From the NCBI GenBank assembly GCA_030248215.1, contig JASANG010003711.1:186001-250000 (forward strand): a stretch of 64,000 nt of DNA. Reading direction: 5' to 3'. The stretch comes from Enoplolaimus lenunculus (Eukaryota). The notes under the pieces are model-generated. The model was not told where the DNA came from, did not search any database, and saw only the letters and a list, made by a program, of their open reading frames with translations. Positions 14,660 to 26,004 of the stretch are shown here, piece after piece. The number at the start of each line of letters is the position of its first letter. Within the stretch, counting starts at the first letter, position 1. The position numbers and the translations under genes are program-made.

Positions 14660-15491
14660 ACTAAAAATGACTATATAGAAAAATAAAATAGATTGCTATA
14701 GTACATAGAGTACTTATACAATGACTGACAACCATTGAAAATAAACCATCGAAGATAGACTTTGCTTCCGTGGATAATGAAAATCTAGAACACAACAGAT
14801 TAATGCGTAAATACCTATCTTCAGATAATGTTGTTTATTTCAACAATAATATAGCAAAAAATAAAATTACAATGAACGTTTCGAGGGCATGTATTTTTAA
14901 GTCTCAGGTTCCGGCAATTTCATCAAATTCCGGTTCCGGCTTATTGTAATTTCGGTTTACTCTGGCAGAAGCAAAACATTTTGCCGATGCCGATCTAAAT
15001 TTTAACCATATTTAAAGAACAGATAGGATACAACACTACATCATTACAAATATGGAGTCTTAAAACTTAAACCATAACATTTCATTTATAACAATTTTTT
15101 CAAATGCAAATGCAAGAGAGAGAACAGTCTCCCTGATCAGACACACTGATATACGCCAAGAAGTAAAGTTGATAGCATTCTAACTCAGTACTCACTGCCA
15201 TGTGCAAAATGTCTTTGCAAAGAATAAAGAATCGGCAAATTTTTTCAATGCCATTCTATAGTTATGAGAGTGTCATTTCGCCATGCCAATGTCATAAATC
15301 ACACATCCATACTCATGACCTACTCTGATCATTTCAAACACAAATTTGAATTCTACAAAATTCTATTTTTAAGATCGCCAGGCCGCGTTTCGGGCTCAAA
15401 AATATTTTCGAACGATATAACTTAATCGGACCTTACACAAGTTTAGTTCGCGCTAATTGTGTAAAGCGTTAAAAAGCTTATGGGTTTATAG

Positions 15492-15910
15492 TAGGGATGT
15501 GCCGATTAATCGGCATCGGCAATAATCGGCAGTTTTCGTGAGTATCGGCATCGGCACTGCAAAAAAATTATCGATTCTTTGTCGATACTTTTTGGACATA
15601 ACAGTCAGTTTGAATGCTATCAGTTTCATTTGTGGGCGGTTATCACTGACCGGTCAACAAAACTGATATCTTTTAGTGTGTTTATGTTTGAAAAAATGAA
15701 TTGAAATGAACCGTTCGTCTGAAATTATAATCGTTTATGATTGTTAGGGTTTAAGTTTTCACATAACGATGTAATGCAGTATCCTATCTGTTCATTATGC
15801 ATGGTTTACTAAAGTTGGAATCGGCATCGGTTCGACATCGGCAAAATTTCAAAAGAAGAATCGGCATCAGTATCGGCACCGGTAAAAATTTTGGTATCGG
15901 CACATCCCTA
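15492..15910. mobile_element. hAT-like MITE (TAGGGATGTGCCGA family), copy 1 of a tandem pair
   Basis: TIR TAGGGATGTGCCGAT/ATCGGCACATCCCTA, ATCGGC subrepeats, perfect 8-bp TSD GTTTATAG. Confidence 0.9.
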
Positions 15911-15918
15911 GTTTATAG

Positions 15919-16331
15919 TAGGGATATGCCGATTAATCGGCATCGGCAATAATCGGCACTTTTCGTGAGCATTGGCATCGGCACTGCAAAAAAATGCCGA
16001 TTCTTTCCCGATACTTTTTGAACGTAACAATCAGTTGGAATGCTATCAATTTAATTTATGGGCGCATACCAGTGTGTCTGCTAGGGAAAATTGTTGTCTC
16101 TCTTGCGTTTTTGTTTGAAAAACAAAATTGAAATTAACCGTTCTTATAAAATTATAATCGTTGATGATGGTTAGAGTTTAAGCCTTCATATAATAATATA
16201 ATGTAGTGTTCTATCTGTTTATTAAGCATGGTTTACTAAAGTTGGAATCAGCATCGGCATCGGTTCGGCATCGGCAAAATTTCAAAATATGAATCGGCAT
16301 CGGCAAAAATTTTGGTATCGGCACATTTCTG
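15919..16331. mobile_element. hAT-like MITE (same family), copy 2 of the tandem pair
   Basis: Starts right after the shared GTTTATAG and is followed by GTTTATAC. Other partial copies lie near 11040-11310 and 48560-48805. Confidence 0.85.
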
Positions 16332-17155
16332 GTTTATACGATAGCAATTTCTAGCCAGTTTTAATATATATCAGCGAGCAACCGGACTTTCAATTTTACC
16401 AAAACCTCAATTTGATAAAATTGCCGGAAACGGAACCGGAAAGGTAAAAATCTCCTTAGTTGAAGATAAGGATTTACATAATCTGCTGTATTTTAGATTT
16501 TCATTATCCACCGAAGTGAAATCTACCTTCGTCGATGGTTTATTTTCCAGAACGCCCTGAACTCTTAATTCGTTCTCGTTTTCTTATTTCCGAACTGTGA
16601 CTCCGCTGGCCTTACTCTATGCGCGACTTTAAAGTCGCGTCGGATATTATTCCTAAAATTTATCAAATATATTTATTTTCACGTAAAATTTACCTAGCTA
16701 TGGTGTTATTTGCGTGTATTTCAGGCTGATTCCAGTGAGATCGAATTTTTCCGCATTTCGTCAAGTTTTATTGTTGTTTCCAGTTGATTTCCTCTTGGTT
16801 ATACTTTCTTCTTGGTAATCGGTCAGTATTTTGGTATACGTATATATTTTAACGACTAGTTCGTGTGAGCGTCGAATTGGTACTATTTTACGGTAAAGGT
16901 GTACGCAGTAGTTTTATTACGCTCAGGCGGAATTGGGTACTTTCTCAATAAGGCAATTACGCCTAAATACTGCGGAGCGAACGTTTTGTACCGTAAAAGT
17001 ACGACTCCTTTAACATCAATCATATTATAATTGTAAGCATGTGAGACATGCTTGCCCGTTATGTGCACATGCAATATAGTGCAGTGCACTGTATGTATGC
17101 TAGCTGGCAGCCATACGGTCGACACATAGTCGACGAAAAATGTAGTTGGAGAGGC

Positions 17156-17228
17156 GGGCTACGTGGCGCAGTGGTAGAGTGCTCGCTTAAGGATCCATAC
17201 GCTGAGAGTTCGATACCCGCTCTAGCCC
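17156..17228 (+). pseudogene. tRNA-like sequence (pseudo-tRNA or SINE head)
   Basis: 73 nt with A box TGGCGCAGTGG, B box GTTCGATAC and acceptor-like stem GGGCTA/TAGCCC. The anticodon arm does not pair. Confidence 0.6.
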
Positions 17229-18057
17229 GCTTTTCCAGCTGCTTAGTAAAAGGTCTGATGTCCTTGGTTCCGACCTAGACTGACAATATTGTTTCAGTAC
17301 GGAAAATACTGCATATTTTAAACTGTTATATATTTTCTGCGCCTTTATTCGTTGCATTTAACTTCTGTATAAACATTTCACATCCGTGTATTTCCTGCTA
17401 AGCGATCGATCTTAGATAAATTACGAAGCCTCGTACAACCGTCCAAATCGAAAAGAAGTGGGTTGGAAAAGAAATTCTTTTTAAAATAAGGTGCCCGAAA
17501 GAGTAAGAAATCCTACCTAAATCGGCGTAAGCTTCGGTACGACAGATTTAGTTCCGAGTTCTTGCAGCTAAAAATGACGGGTCCATGCATCCACCTATCA
17601 CATTAAGAATCTATTGCGAACATCTTTGAAGCGAGATACTTGCAAACTTTGTCATTATGTGCATCGAATCAGATAGTATACGTGAATTAGACTTCGGTAA
17701 AATCACAAATGCCGTCTACTAGTGCAAATCTAGAAAAGTCCTGGGACGCAAATTTTGTTTCGTACTTCTGGTAGAATTAATTGCGTTTAACTGGTACAGC
17801 AAAGTGTGCATAAAACCTGAGAACTCGCTAAGACATAGCTATGTAAATGTTACGAAATTTGAATTAAAACAAACCTTCCGGACTGGAATCGCATAAAAGC
17901 TCTTAATCCGATCTATGATACTAAACCCTCTGTAACCCAGAAAGCAACACTACTACACGTTCTGATCTTCGTTGTACTCTCCTGCAATTGTGTTTTTATT
18001 GTCGCACACCTAATTAATTACTTTGATTGCCAAAACAGGAAAGTATACACGATGCAT

Positions 18058-19658
18058 GGCCAAAGTTTTACTTTAACTGGTGTACCGTTTTGCCGGGGAC
18101 AGCAAGACATGAGTGTAATAGGGGAAATTTATATACTCTTGCCGACAACATTATATAGCGGATGGGGAAATGGGTCAAAACTGCTTTGGGCAATTGGTAA
18201 TCGGGATAGTTACAATTTTTCCTGGGAAAACGCGAAAACAGGACTGGTTTGTTTCAGGCAAATGGGAAAACAAGACACCTGAAAATAAATTTTCGCTCGG
18301 AAAATGGGACAGGCTAATTTCGGGAAAACAGGAAAACGGGACAGCTACAATGTTTCGCCGTAAAAGCGCGACAGATTTGTTTATTGCAAACATGGAAACG
18401 GGGCAGCTGCAATGTTTCGCTGAGAAAACTGGACAGTTTTGTTTCACGCAAATGGTTAAAACGGTATAGCTGCAAATTTTATATGGGAAAATGGGACAAT
18501 GGGACAGGCCTGTTTCGGGCAAATGGAAAAACAGGACAGCTGCAATTTTGCGCTAAAAAACGAAACAGATGCTAATTTTCGCTGCGAAAACAGGACAGAT
18601 TTGTTCCGCTTTCGGGCAAATGTAAAACGAGACAGCTGCAGTTATTCGTTTGAAAAACAACACAGCTGCAGATTTTCGCTGGAAAACGGGAAAACTGGAT
18701 ACTTAGGTTTGTTTCCCGAGTATATCAGAAAACGGAATAGCTGCAAAGTTTCGCTTGGAATACGGGACAATACGACATGTCTGTTTCGTGCAGATGGAAA
18801 AATGGGACAGCTGCAATTCTTCGTTGGGAAAGCGGGAAAACAGGAATGGTGTGTTTCGGGCAAATGAGAAAACACGCCAGCTGCAAAATTTTCGCTGAGA
18901 AAACAGGACAGTGGGGCAGCAGTAATTTTTCGCTGGGAAAACGGGGCAGGTTTGTTTCTTGCAAGTTGGAAAACGGGACAGCTACAAATTTTTGGTGAGA
19001 AAACAGTACAATGGGACACAAATCAAATGCTTTTCAGATTGTACAAAATTGGTTAGACCGGGAGAGGGGAACGAAGATTTTCGTAGTTGGGGTTCCGCTA
19101 CTTGTCACTCCCCTATGTACACCTGGGAGCTTGGCAACCACAGCTGACATTCATATCACTGTATATTTTAAATACCTTTTATAAACTGTGCGAAATTTTT
19201 TCGTTCAAAACACAAGTAGAGTTGAAAATTTCTGCACCAGGGGATGCAGAATGGATCGAAAAATCAATTTTAATTACAATGTCTGGCCCGAGTCTATTTG
19301 GGAGTAAGAAGCAATCCAAATTAGGGGGGAACGGCCAGCCAATGCCCCCGTATGAGAACGCCCCTTGCAACAAAATGCTTTCTTTAAAAAACGGGAAAAT
19401 GTGGGGGAACTATGTATTTTTGCAGGAAAAACGGAAAACGGGAAAGCAATATTTTTTGAGATTGATTTTATCAGGGGGGCTGCCGCCTCTCTGTACCCCT
19501 CACTAAAAGCGATCTTCCTAAACTATAACCCGTAAATAACAGCAGCATAGTTTTAAATAAATCTTCGCGTATACACAAACAGGAGTAGCAAATGCTACTC
19601 TGCGGCACTAATTGCTGTCCCGCGGGAAATCGGGACGCCCCTGAAAGTAACATAGGCC
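18058..19658. mobile_element. ~1.6-kb non-autonomous TIR element with an internal AAAACGGGACAGCTGCAAATTTTCGCT satellite (~18160-19020)
   Basis: Degenerate ~45-bp TIRs (GGCC..GTT..ACTTT....GGGACAGCAA). The right part (19280-19658) is homologous to 44345-44762. Confidence 0.65.
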
Positions 19659-20793
19659 CAGGCAGGGTGCAGCCAGAGGGGAAAATGACGCTGGATGTGC
19701 TCAAAATTTTCTTTATAAAAGCAGTACGACAACTTCATAAATAAATTTTTTAAATGTTGCCAGTGACTGACCCTGAGTTGCAGAGACATGATTTAGTCGC
19801 GGGCCAGTAGCCAAAGGGGCAGAGGGACCAACCCCCCGAAAAGAATTCTAGCAAAGCACCGAGCACAAAAAAAACAAAAAAAAACAAACACAAACAAAAA
19901 ACAAAACAAAAAATACCAAAAATTACAGTGCCCAAGTTGCCATAAACTACCAGCAAATGTTCCTTCAAAACCGGAGCCGGAGTCGATTTTGTGCAGTGTT
20001 GTGTGTCGTTTCATTGGCCAACGTTAATACTTTTAGGGTCGTCCCGGTTTCCACAGAGTCTATAAAAGAGCAGGCTTGCATTCTAGACGACGTTTTCGCT
20101 TCAGCTTATACGTTAGACTTAGAAATACACTTTTTGAACGCTTAGGCTTAAGAAAAAAGGGAACACCACCCACCGAAAAAAAAACAAAAACACACAACAA
20201 ACAACCCAACAAACCCCCAACAAGCGAACACACACCAAACAAGAAAAAACAACCACACCCATAAAACCGCACCCACCCCCCCAACTAAAAAAGACCCCCA
20301 AAATTAAACCCAACCAAAAACAAAACAAACCAAACACCAACCCCCACAACAACCAAACAAAACCCTACGCCTGAGCAAAAATGAGGCTTATAGCAAAGCT
20401 TTTTCTATATATTGTGACCCGCTGAACAACGGGATGTTGTGAAAGTAAACACGGAAAATAGATGTGCCAGAAAATGCCTGGATGTGCATTTTAAAAACTC
20501 TTACTGGTTTAAATTTATATTGTCAAAATTTTACTTCAACTTCCGTTCCGCCTTGTATTTATTAATTCTATTGCTCCTGGAATAAATGTAAGCCGCCACA
20601 TATCCAGTTGTTTGAATTCTGAAATATCCACCTGCACCCGAACAACTTCGTAAAAAGCTCATTTTCTCAGCGTGGGAAAGCGTTGTAGATATAGGCATTC
20701 TGAATTTTATTGCAAAATATATTAAGTCCAGCTTTTCAAAAATACGCAAGTATGAATCAGATTGGGGAGAACACTTTTAAACTTCGACTTTAA

Positions 20794-21056
20794 CCCCTTC
20801 TCACATTGAGTTGCCTGTAGCCAACTTAACGCAGTGTATATACGTTAAATAGTATATATCGCACCGTGTTTAACAATTACAACACGTATACATAGTACTG
20901 AATCACCACAAGACGTGAGAGGCGTGTCGGGCTCGAGCGTCAAGCTCCAATAGCTGAGTGGTGATGGTATACGCCTCCCACTCCAATCACTGGAGTTCGA
21001 ATCCTAGCATAAAAGTAGGTCTCAGGGGAAATAGAAAATATTCATGTGAGAAAGGG
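20794..21056 (+). mobile_element. piggyBac-like MITE carrying a tRNA-like Pol III cassette
   Basis: TTAA on both sides, 13-bp TIR CCCYTTCTCACAT, internal A box TAGCTGAGTGG (20951) and B box GAGTTCGAATCC (~20993). Confidence 0.8.
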
Positions 21057-21866
21057 TTAAACAAGACCTACAGCACTTTCAGCATTTTCAGATTTTAATC
21101 CCGTTGTTTGATATGCATATTAAGATGGCAGTTCGTGTTACGCACAGTGGGACCCCCCTTATTTGGGTCAATACACTATGGGTCAAAAATAAGTTTATTA
21201 CCTGTGAAAGACTCTAAACTGTGGTTTCATCTTTTATAGTTTATCTCAAAAATCAGGTGACATCAAAAAAATCATTAAACGTTTATTTTCAGTTTTCATC
21301 AAGAACCGCAGTAATGTATAAAAAGTAAATCGGTGACTCATTGCGACAGCCAGCGGCGGATCCATCCAGGAATTTCTGACCGGGGAGGGGTTGGTAGCAA
21401 ATGTTATGAAACGCAAAAATTGTAAGGTAGAAACCTTATCATTTTATGATCAAAAAATTTTGTGAGGTGGAAAAATTTTAAGGTGAAGACCTTATATTTC
21501 ATCACAAAAAGATTTCTGATGGGGCGTGTATGTGCTCCTTCTCTGGATGTGCTATTTGTCGGATATTCCCCGGCGCCCCCGACGCCGAGGAATATCCGCC
21601 GGCGCGCTAAAACCCGGCCCTCGAGCCCCAGGGAGCCCTCGGGCCGCCCTAAACCCCCCTTTCAACAACAACAACAATAATAATAACCTAAAACACCCTG
21701 CCGCTGTACTGGTTACTGTAGCGCAGTTAAGCCTGTTCGAACTCAAACGCCGCAATGTTCACGTTATGTCAGCATATCTGAGAGAAATATTTTATTTTGA
21801 TTACTATTCTTATGCTTAAAACAAAAATAACAGACGTTCTTGCTTTCAAGATTTTTACCACCTACT

Positions 21867-22249
21867 CAGTGGCGGATCCAGGATCTCAAAACGGGGGAAA
21901 TATCACAGGTAATAAACTTATTTTTGACCCACACACAAACCACGAACTATTGCCATAAAATTTACTTGTTACGTTCATTCAATTGAGATGAATCACAAAT
22001 ATAACTAACGCGTCAACGCAATTTAGATCTAAACAACAGGGTGGATATATAAGTTCGGATTTGGGGTTAAAAATAAATAACAATCCGTAACCGAATAACA
22101 AGGGGGGTACCCTCTGTAGTGGCCACATAAATGCAGTCCCCCTATTATTCGGGTAACTACAGTAGAACAGCAATTGACACTATATAATTTTTGTCGAGAT
22201 GCTGTTGTGGGGACCACGGCCGGGGTGGCCCACCATGGATCCGCCATTG
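21867..22249. mobile_element. hAT-like MITE in the 3' region of the SWAP70-like gene
   Basis: TIR CAGTGGCGGATCCA/TGGATCCGCCATTG and a perfect 8-bp TSD CACCTACT. Confidence 0.9.
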
Positions 22250-22283
22250 CACCTACTAATACAGTTTGTTAATTGGTAGTTCA

Positions 22284-22653
22284 CAGGGTGCAAACGGATA
22301 GTAAAAATAACAGAACGGATGCAGAAAACGAATATTGAAGGATAAAAGTCTCAAAAATGTTTTATTTTTTTGCTAACACAATTGAGGCGTGCATAAATTC
22401 ACACCAGGCTTTCAAGAATTTCAAAGAAAAAATAGCGGATGCATCTAATTTTTTAATATTTTTCGATGAATTTCGTGATTTTTTTATTTCGAACGATTGC
22501 ATTGCAGCATGTCTGCAACAAAAATTGCGAGATTTTTGCTTGATTTATAATTTTTAACGTTAAAATAACATAATTTCTGTTATTTTTGTAACGAAAACAG
22601 AAACGGACATCGATTTTTGCCGGAGACCGAAACGGATATCCGGTTACACCCTG
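22284..22653. mobile_element. hAT-like MITE (CAGGGTG family) abutting the SWAP70-like stop codon
   Basis: TIR CAGGGTGCAAACGGATA/TATCCGGTTACACCCTG and TSD GTAGTTCA/GAAGTTCA. Confidence 0.85.
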
Positions 22654-22658
22654 GAAGT

Positions 22659-22758
22659 TCACAATTCATTCAATTCCAATGGTTCATTAAATTTGCTTTT
22701 GAGCATTTCCAGTTGTTTTTCCAGTTTTTCACTTTTTTCGCGTTCATTATCAAGCATT
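22659..22758 (-). CDS. SWAP70/DEF6-like protein, exon 6, terminal (R-MLDNEREKSEKLEKQLEMLKSKFNEPLELNEL*)
   Basis: TTTTAG acceptor in phase 2, matching the preceding exon. Coiled-coil sequence ending in TGA. Confidence 0.8.
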
Positions 22759-23395
22759 CTAAAATGCAGTTACAACATTGATGGATATTAATAAGCGAAA
22801 ACTTCTCAAAAATATATCAAAACTCAAAATAGGCGATATTAATCTGCGTAATACAATTAAGCATTCACTTGTAAGCTCATTTGTAAGCCCATGCGGCGGC
22901 ACGACCCGAAATCATGGCCACCATCGGGCCTAACTTAAAACATTTTGGCAGACCACGACATTTAGAGCAGCGAAGCTTTTTATTCGGGGCCTACTAGGAC
23001 TTATTTGGGCGCAAGATTATCCTAACGCCGGCCCTGTTCATAATATTTGGCTCTTCAACCCGTTAATACGTCCGTAATACCTACCGTTTTACACGATGCA
23101 CTATACGGTCACACCACATTTTAATAGCACATGCTCTAAGCATATATTGGTCAAGCTGGGTTGAGTAGGAAAAAGCCATGGGCTTAAAACCATGATTTTG
23201 GTTTAAGAGTGGACACAGCGATTGCACAGTTTGTTGCACCCTTTCAACGGCTTCGAGAAATTAATTTCTTATATTAAACTAAATACGAGCAAAACAAATA
23301 GACCTAAAACCAGACGATACTCAGTAGAAAAGTCCCTCTTTGAACCATAAACCAGGATACGCCCGCCCTAAGCAATGAAACGGTAAACTACATAC

Positions 23396-23565
23396 CTGGT
23401 CGCAAGCAATCGAACAGTTTCTTCGTCTTTGGTCGCTTGGCGTTCGATCAGTATTTGGTTGATCAACTGTTCACGCATTCTAATAACATCGTCGTTTAAA
23501 TCGCGTTCTTTATTTAATTCATCAGTTTTCACTTTAAGTTCGTCCGATATTCGCTCATTTGCTTC
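23396..23565 (-). CDS. SWAP70/DEF6-like protein, exon 5 (coiled coil, ...IERQATKDEETVRLLATR)
   Basis: TTCAG acceptor and AG|GTATG donor. DEETVRLLATR matches the remembered SWAP70 motif DEETVRKLQARLL. Confidence 0.85.
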
Positions 23566-24456
23566 CTGAAGCATATATAGTGATGTGATCAGAATAAAAG
23601 GGTAATCAATGAGTAATGTTATCTTGGTCAACCGGTTGCAGACAATTGACCTACGGTTCCACTACGGTTGCGGTACACTCTTCCACAGAGGCTCGGACAA
23701 ATACGGTAGTGATGTTTTAGCGAATTTATATAACATAATTTAAGTTTTTTGATTCACGTCCGACTCCGGAAAATTTAATCAAATTCCCAGTGTGACTTCG
23801 GTTCCGGTAGCTTTCACCTCTAGGTAGTTGCAACCTGATGTTAATAACTGTATTCAAGTTTGCCTACCGTGTGCCGGATAGCTTCTATTGGATGAATCCT
23901 GATGGTTGAATAAGTTTATCAAATAAAATACACCGCCAATACATATCACCTATATGCCCACAGCCCATGTTAATTATAAGGGCCTATCTACCAAATCAAA
24001 AGGTAACCCTATCCCTAAGTTTAAGCCTAAACATCCTAATTCTAGTCTTAGGTCTAAACCTGTGTTTAAATCCTCCAATTTTAAGGATTCGCGTTCGGCA
24101 AGCCCTATAATTAACACAATCCATTTATACCACGCCACAGAATGATAAAAATTAATAATTGAGTTTTATATATGCAGTTCCATATGCTAAACATCTACTT
24201 AATATCCGGTTTCGGTCACAAATTGACACCCGGCAACGATATTTTTGTTACAGAACATTTAAGGGTTCAAAAGTATAACAGAATGCTATATTCAGCTTAC
24301 TTATGAGCACAATTATAATACGTCTTATTCATTTCTGTTGAGATATCAGAAGTAAAGCAGGAAACCCCAATTACTACCAAAACGCTTGTAGAAGCAAAAA
24401 TATTATAACAAATTATAGCAAGTAGTGTAAAATAGCGAAATAAAAATTATTTTTAA

Positions 24457-25065
24457 CCCTTTCTCACACATGAATATTTTTGATTTCATTTCAGATGTAA
24501 CTTTCAAGGTAAGATTCGATCCCCAGTCTGTCGGGTGGAAACGTTTACGATGGCCACTCAGCTATTGGAGATTTATGCTCGAGCCCGAGGGACTCTCACG
24601 TCTTGTAGAGATGTTGCACTGCGCATATCTGTAAGAATTGTTGAACACCAGGTTACAACCGGAGGTCTGTTTCCGGCTCCGGCAGAAAATCGGTCTTCGG
24701 CTCTGGCTCCGGCCATTTCGGTAGTAAAGTTTTGCATAATTTAGCAAAATTTATCTGTTTAGTGCGATCCGTTTTACTTTCGGCACAAGAAAAGAATTTC
24801 CGAAATTTTCCAGAAAATCAACGCAAAATCAAACAACATAACAATATATTGTAGATATTGGCTAAAATTAACTAATTAACCATCATTTTTACTACCTAAG
24901 TTCACCTCACCTCCGGCTCCGGCTCCGGTTCCGGCAAGTTTCGTTGACCTCCGGCTTTGGTGTTTTTCACCTCTGGTTGCACCCTGTTAAACACTGCTCA
25001 CAGTGTCTGTGTTGCTCGGATACTTGTATTTAGTTGCTCATAGTTATACTCTATTAGTTAAAGGG
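24457..25065 (-). mobile_element. Second, diverged copy of the piggyBac-like tRNA-cassette MITE, interrupted by a nested MITE
   Basis: TTAA-CCCTTTCTCAC end, reverse-complement similarity to 20794-21056 including the A/B boxes, degenerate other end GGG-TTAT. Confidence 0.7.
24649..24986. mobile_element. Nested hAT-like MITE (CAGG-TG family)
   Basis: TIR CAGGTTACAACCGGAGG/CCTCTGGTTGCACCCTG and TSD TTGAACAC/TTAAACAC. Confidence 0.85.
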
Positions 25066-25200
25066 TTATAGATACTAACTGAGAATTTCTCCATTAAAAT
25101 ATTAAATAAGCAGTTACGATGCGGTTCGGGTATTTTTGAAAATCTAATTGCACTCTGCTATCTATTCAGTACATACCGCAAAACAGTTAAAAATACTCAC

Positions 25201-25424
25201 TGTTAACATTTTAACTTTTGAACGCAGCTGTTCAACTTCTTCAAAACTGCAACGATTTTGATGGTCGTTGCAGCCAGCGAATGAAAGCAACGTGGCTGCA
25301 TTTGATGGAGACAGTGTTCGCGTGTTGCGATTTAGCGATACGGAACGACTATTAATACGCGACAGAAATCGTTCACGATGATAGTTTGGCGATGCTGCCG
25401 TGCGGCATTGAGCAAATTGGATAG
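25201..25424 (-). CDS. SWAP70/DEF6-like protein, exon 4 (AIQFAQCRTAASPNYHRERF...EEVEQLRSKVKMLT)
   Basis: AAG acceptor in phase 1, |GTGAGT donor in phase 0, open frame. Covers the end of the PH helix and the linker. Confidence 0.75.
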
Positions 25425-25596
25425 CTTTAATAGCAACGAAAATAAAAACTGAGCTGTTCTGAATCCGTAATATATACGATTGTAAATTTTAACAGAATAG
25501 GAACTTTTTTGGAATGGTTCATTGATAAAAAACTTTTTCAGGCTGGTTTCAATCACATGTATGTGTACGCTTTTGATTCAGATAAACAACTTTACT

Positions 25597-25800
25597 GGCC
25601 CATGTATAGAACAGTGCCGGAACAGTGTTATAAGCATATTCCTAAGCCTAAGTCTAAGCCTCCTAAGCTTAGCGTATGGATGAGCCTATTTCTAAGCCTA
25701 AGCCTAAGGCTAAACCTAAGCACAAAATTGGTCTAAAGCTTAAACTGACTCTATTATAGCCCCTCCGGAAAAGGAACCGGCCCTGTTATATACATGGGCC
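25597..25800. mobile_element. MITE with 3-bp TSD and an internal degenerate (GCCTAA)n tract
   Basis: 24-bp TIR GGCCCATGTATAGAACAGTGCCGG/CCGGCCCTGTTATATACATGGGCC and TSD ACT/ACT. Confidence 0.85.
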
Positions 25801-25842
25801 ACTTTACTCGAGCAACAACTAAACATATTTGTCAGATTTCTA

Positions 25843-26004
25843 CAAGCCTGTAGCCAGCTCACCTTGCTAGGGAAGCTGAAAATTTTACAGGAGGGGTATT
25901 CAACAGTTTTCAATGAGTCACAAACAAGGTTGACAACTCTCGACGGGGGACCAAAATTTTTGCAGGGGGGCTGACCCCCTGGTCCCCTCTTGGCTACGGG
26001 CCCG
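25843..26004. mobile_element. ~160-bp hAT-like MITE family (CAGGCCCGTAGCCAGCTCACCTTGCTAGGG)
   Basis: TSD GATTTCTA/TATTTCTA. Other copies: 34995-35169 (TSD ACCGTGAG/ACCGCGAG), 37463-37632 (GATATACA/GATAGACA), and partial ones near 32090-32241, 49700-49807, 53576-53690 and 63245-63380. Confidence 0.85.

Noticed and set aside
18052..19147. Cluster of overlapping 60-125 aa ORFs
   Set aside because: They arise from the internal satellite of a non-autonomous element, are open on both strands, and show no domain.
20160..20365. A/C-only tract (also 19860-19925) giving Phe/Val/Gly-rich ORFs
   Set aside because: Low-complexity sequence; a degenerate microsatellite or a possible consensus artefact.
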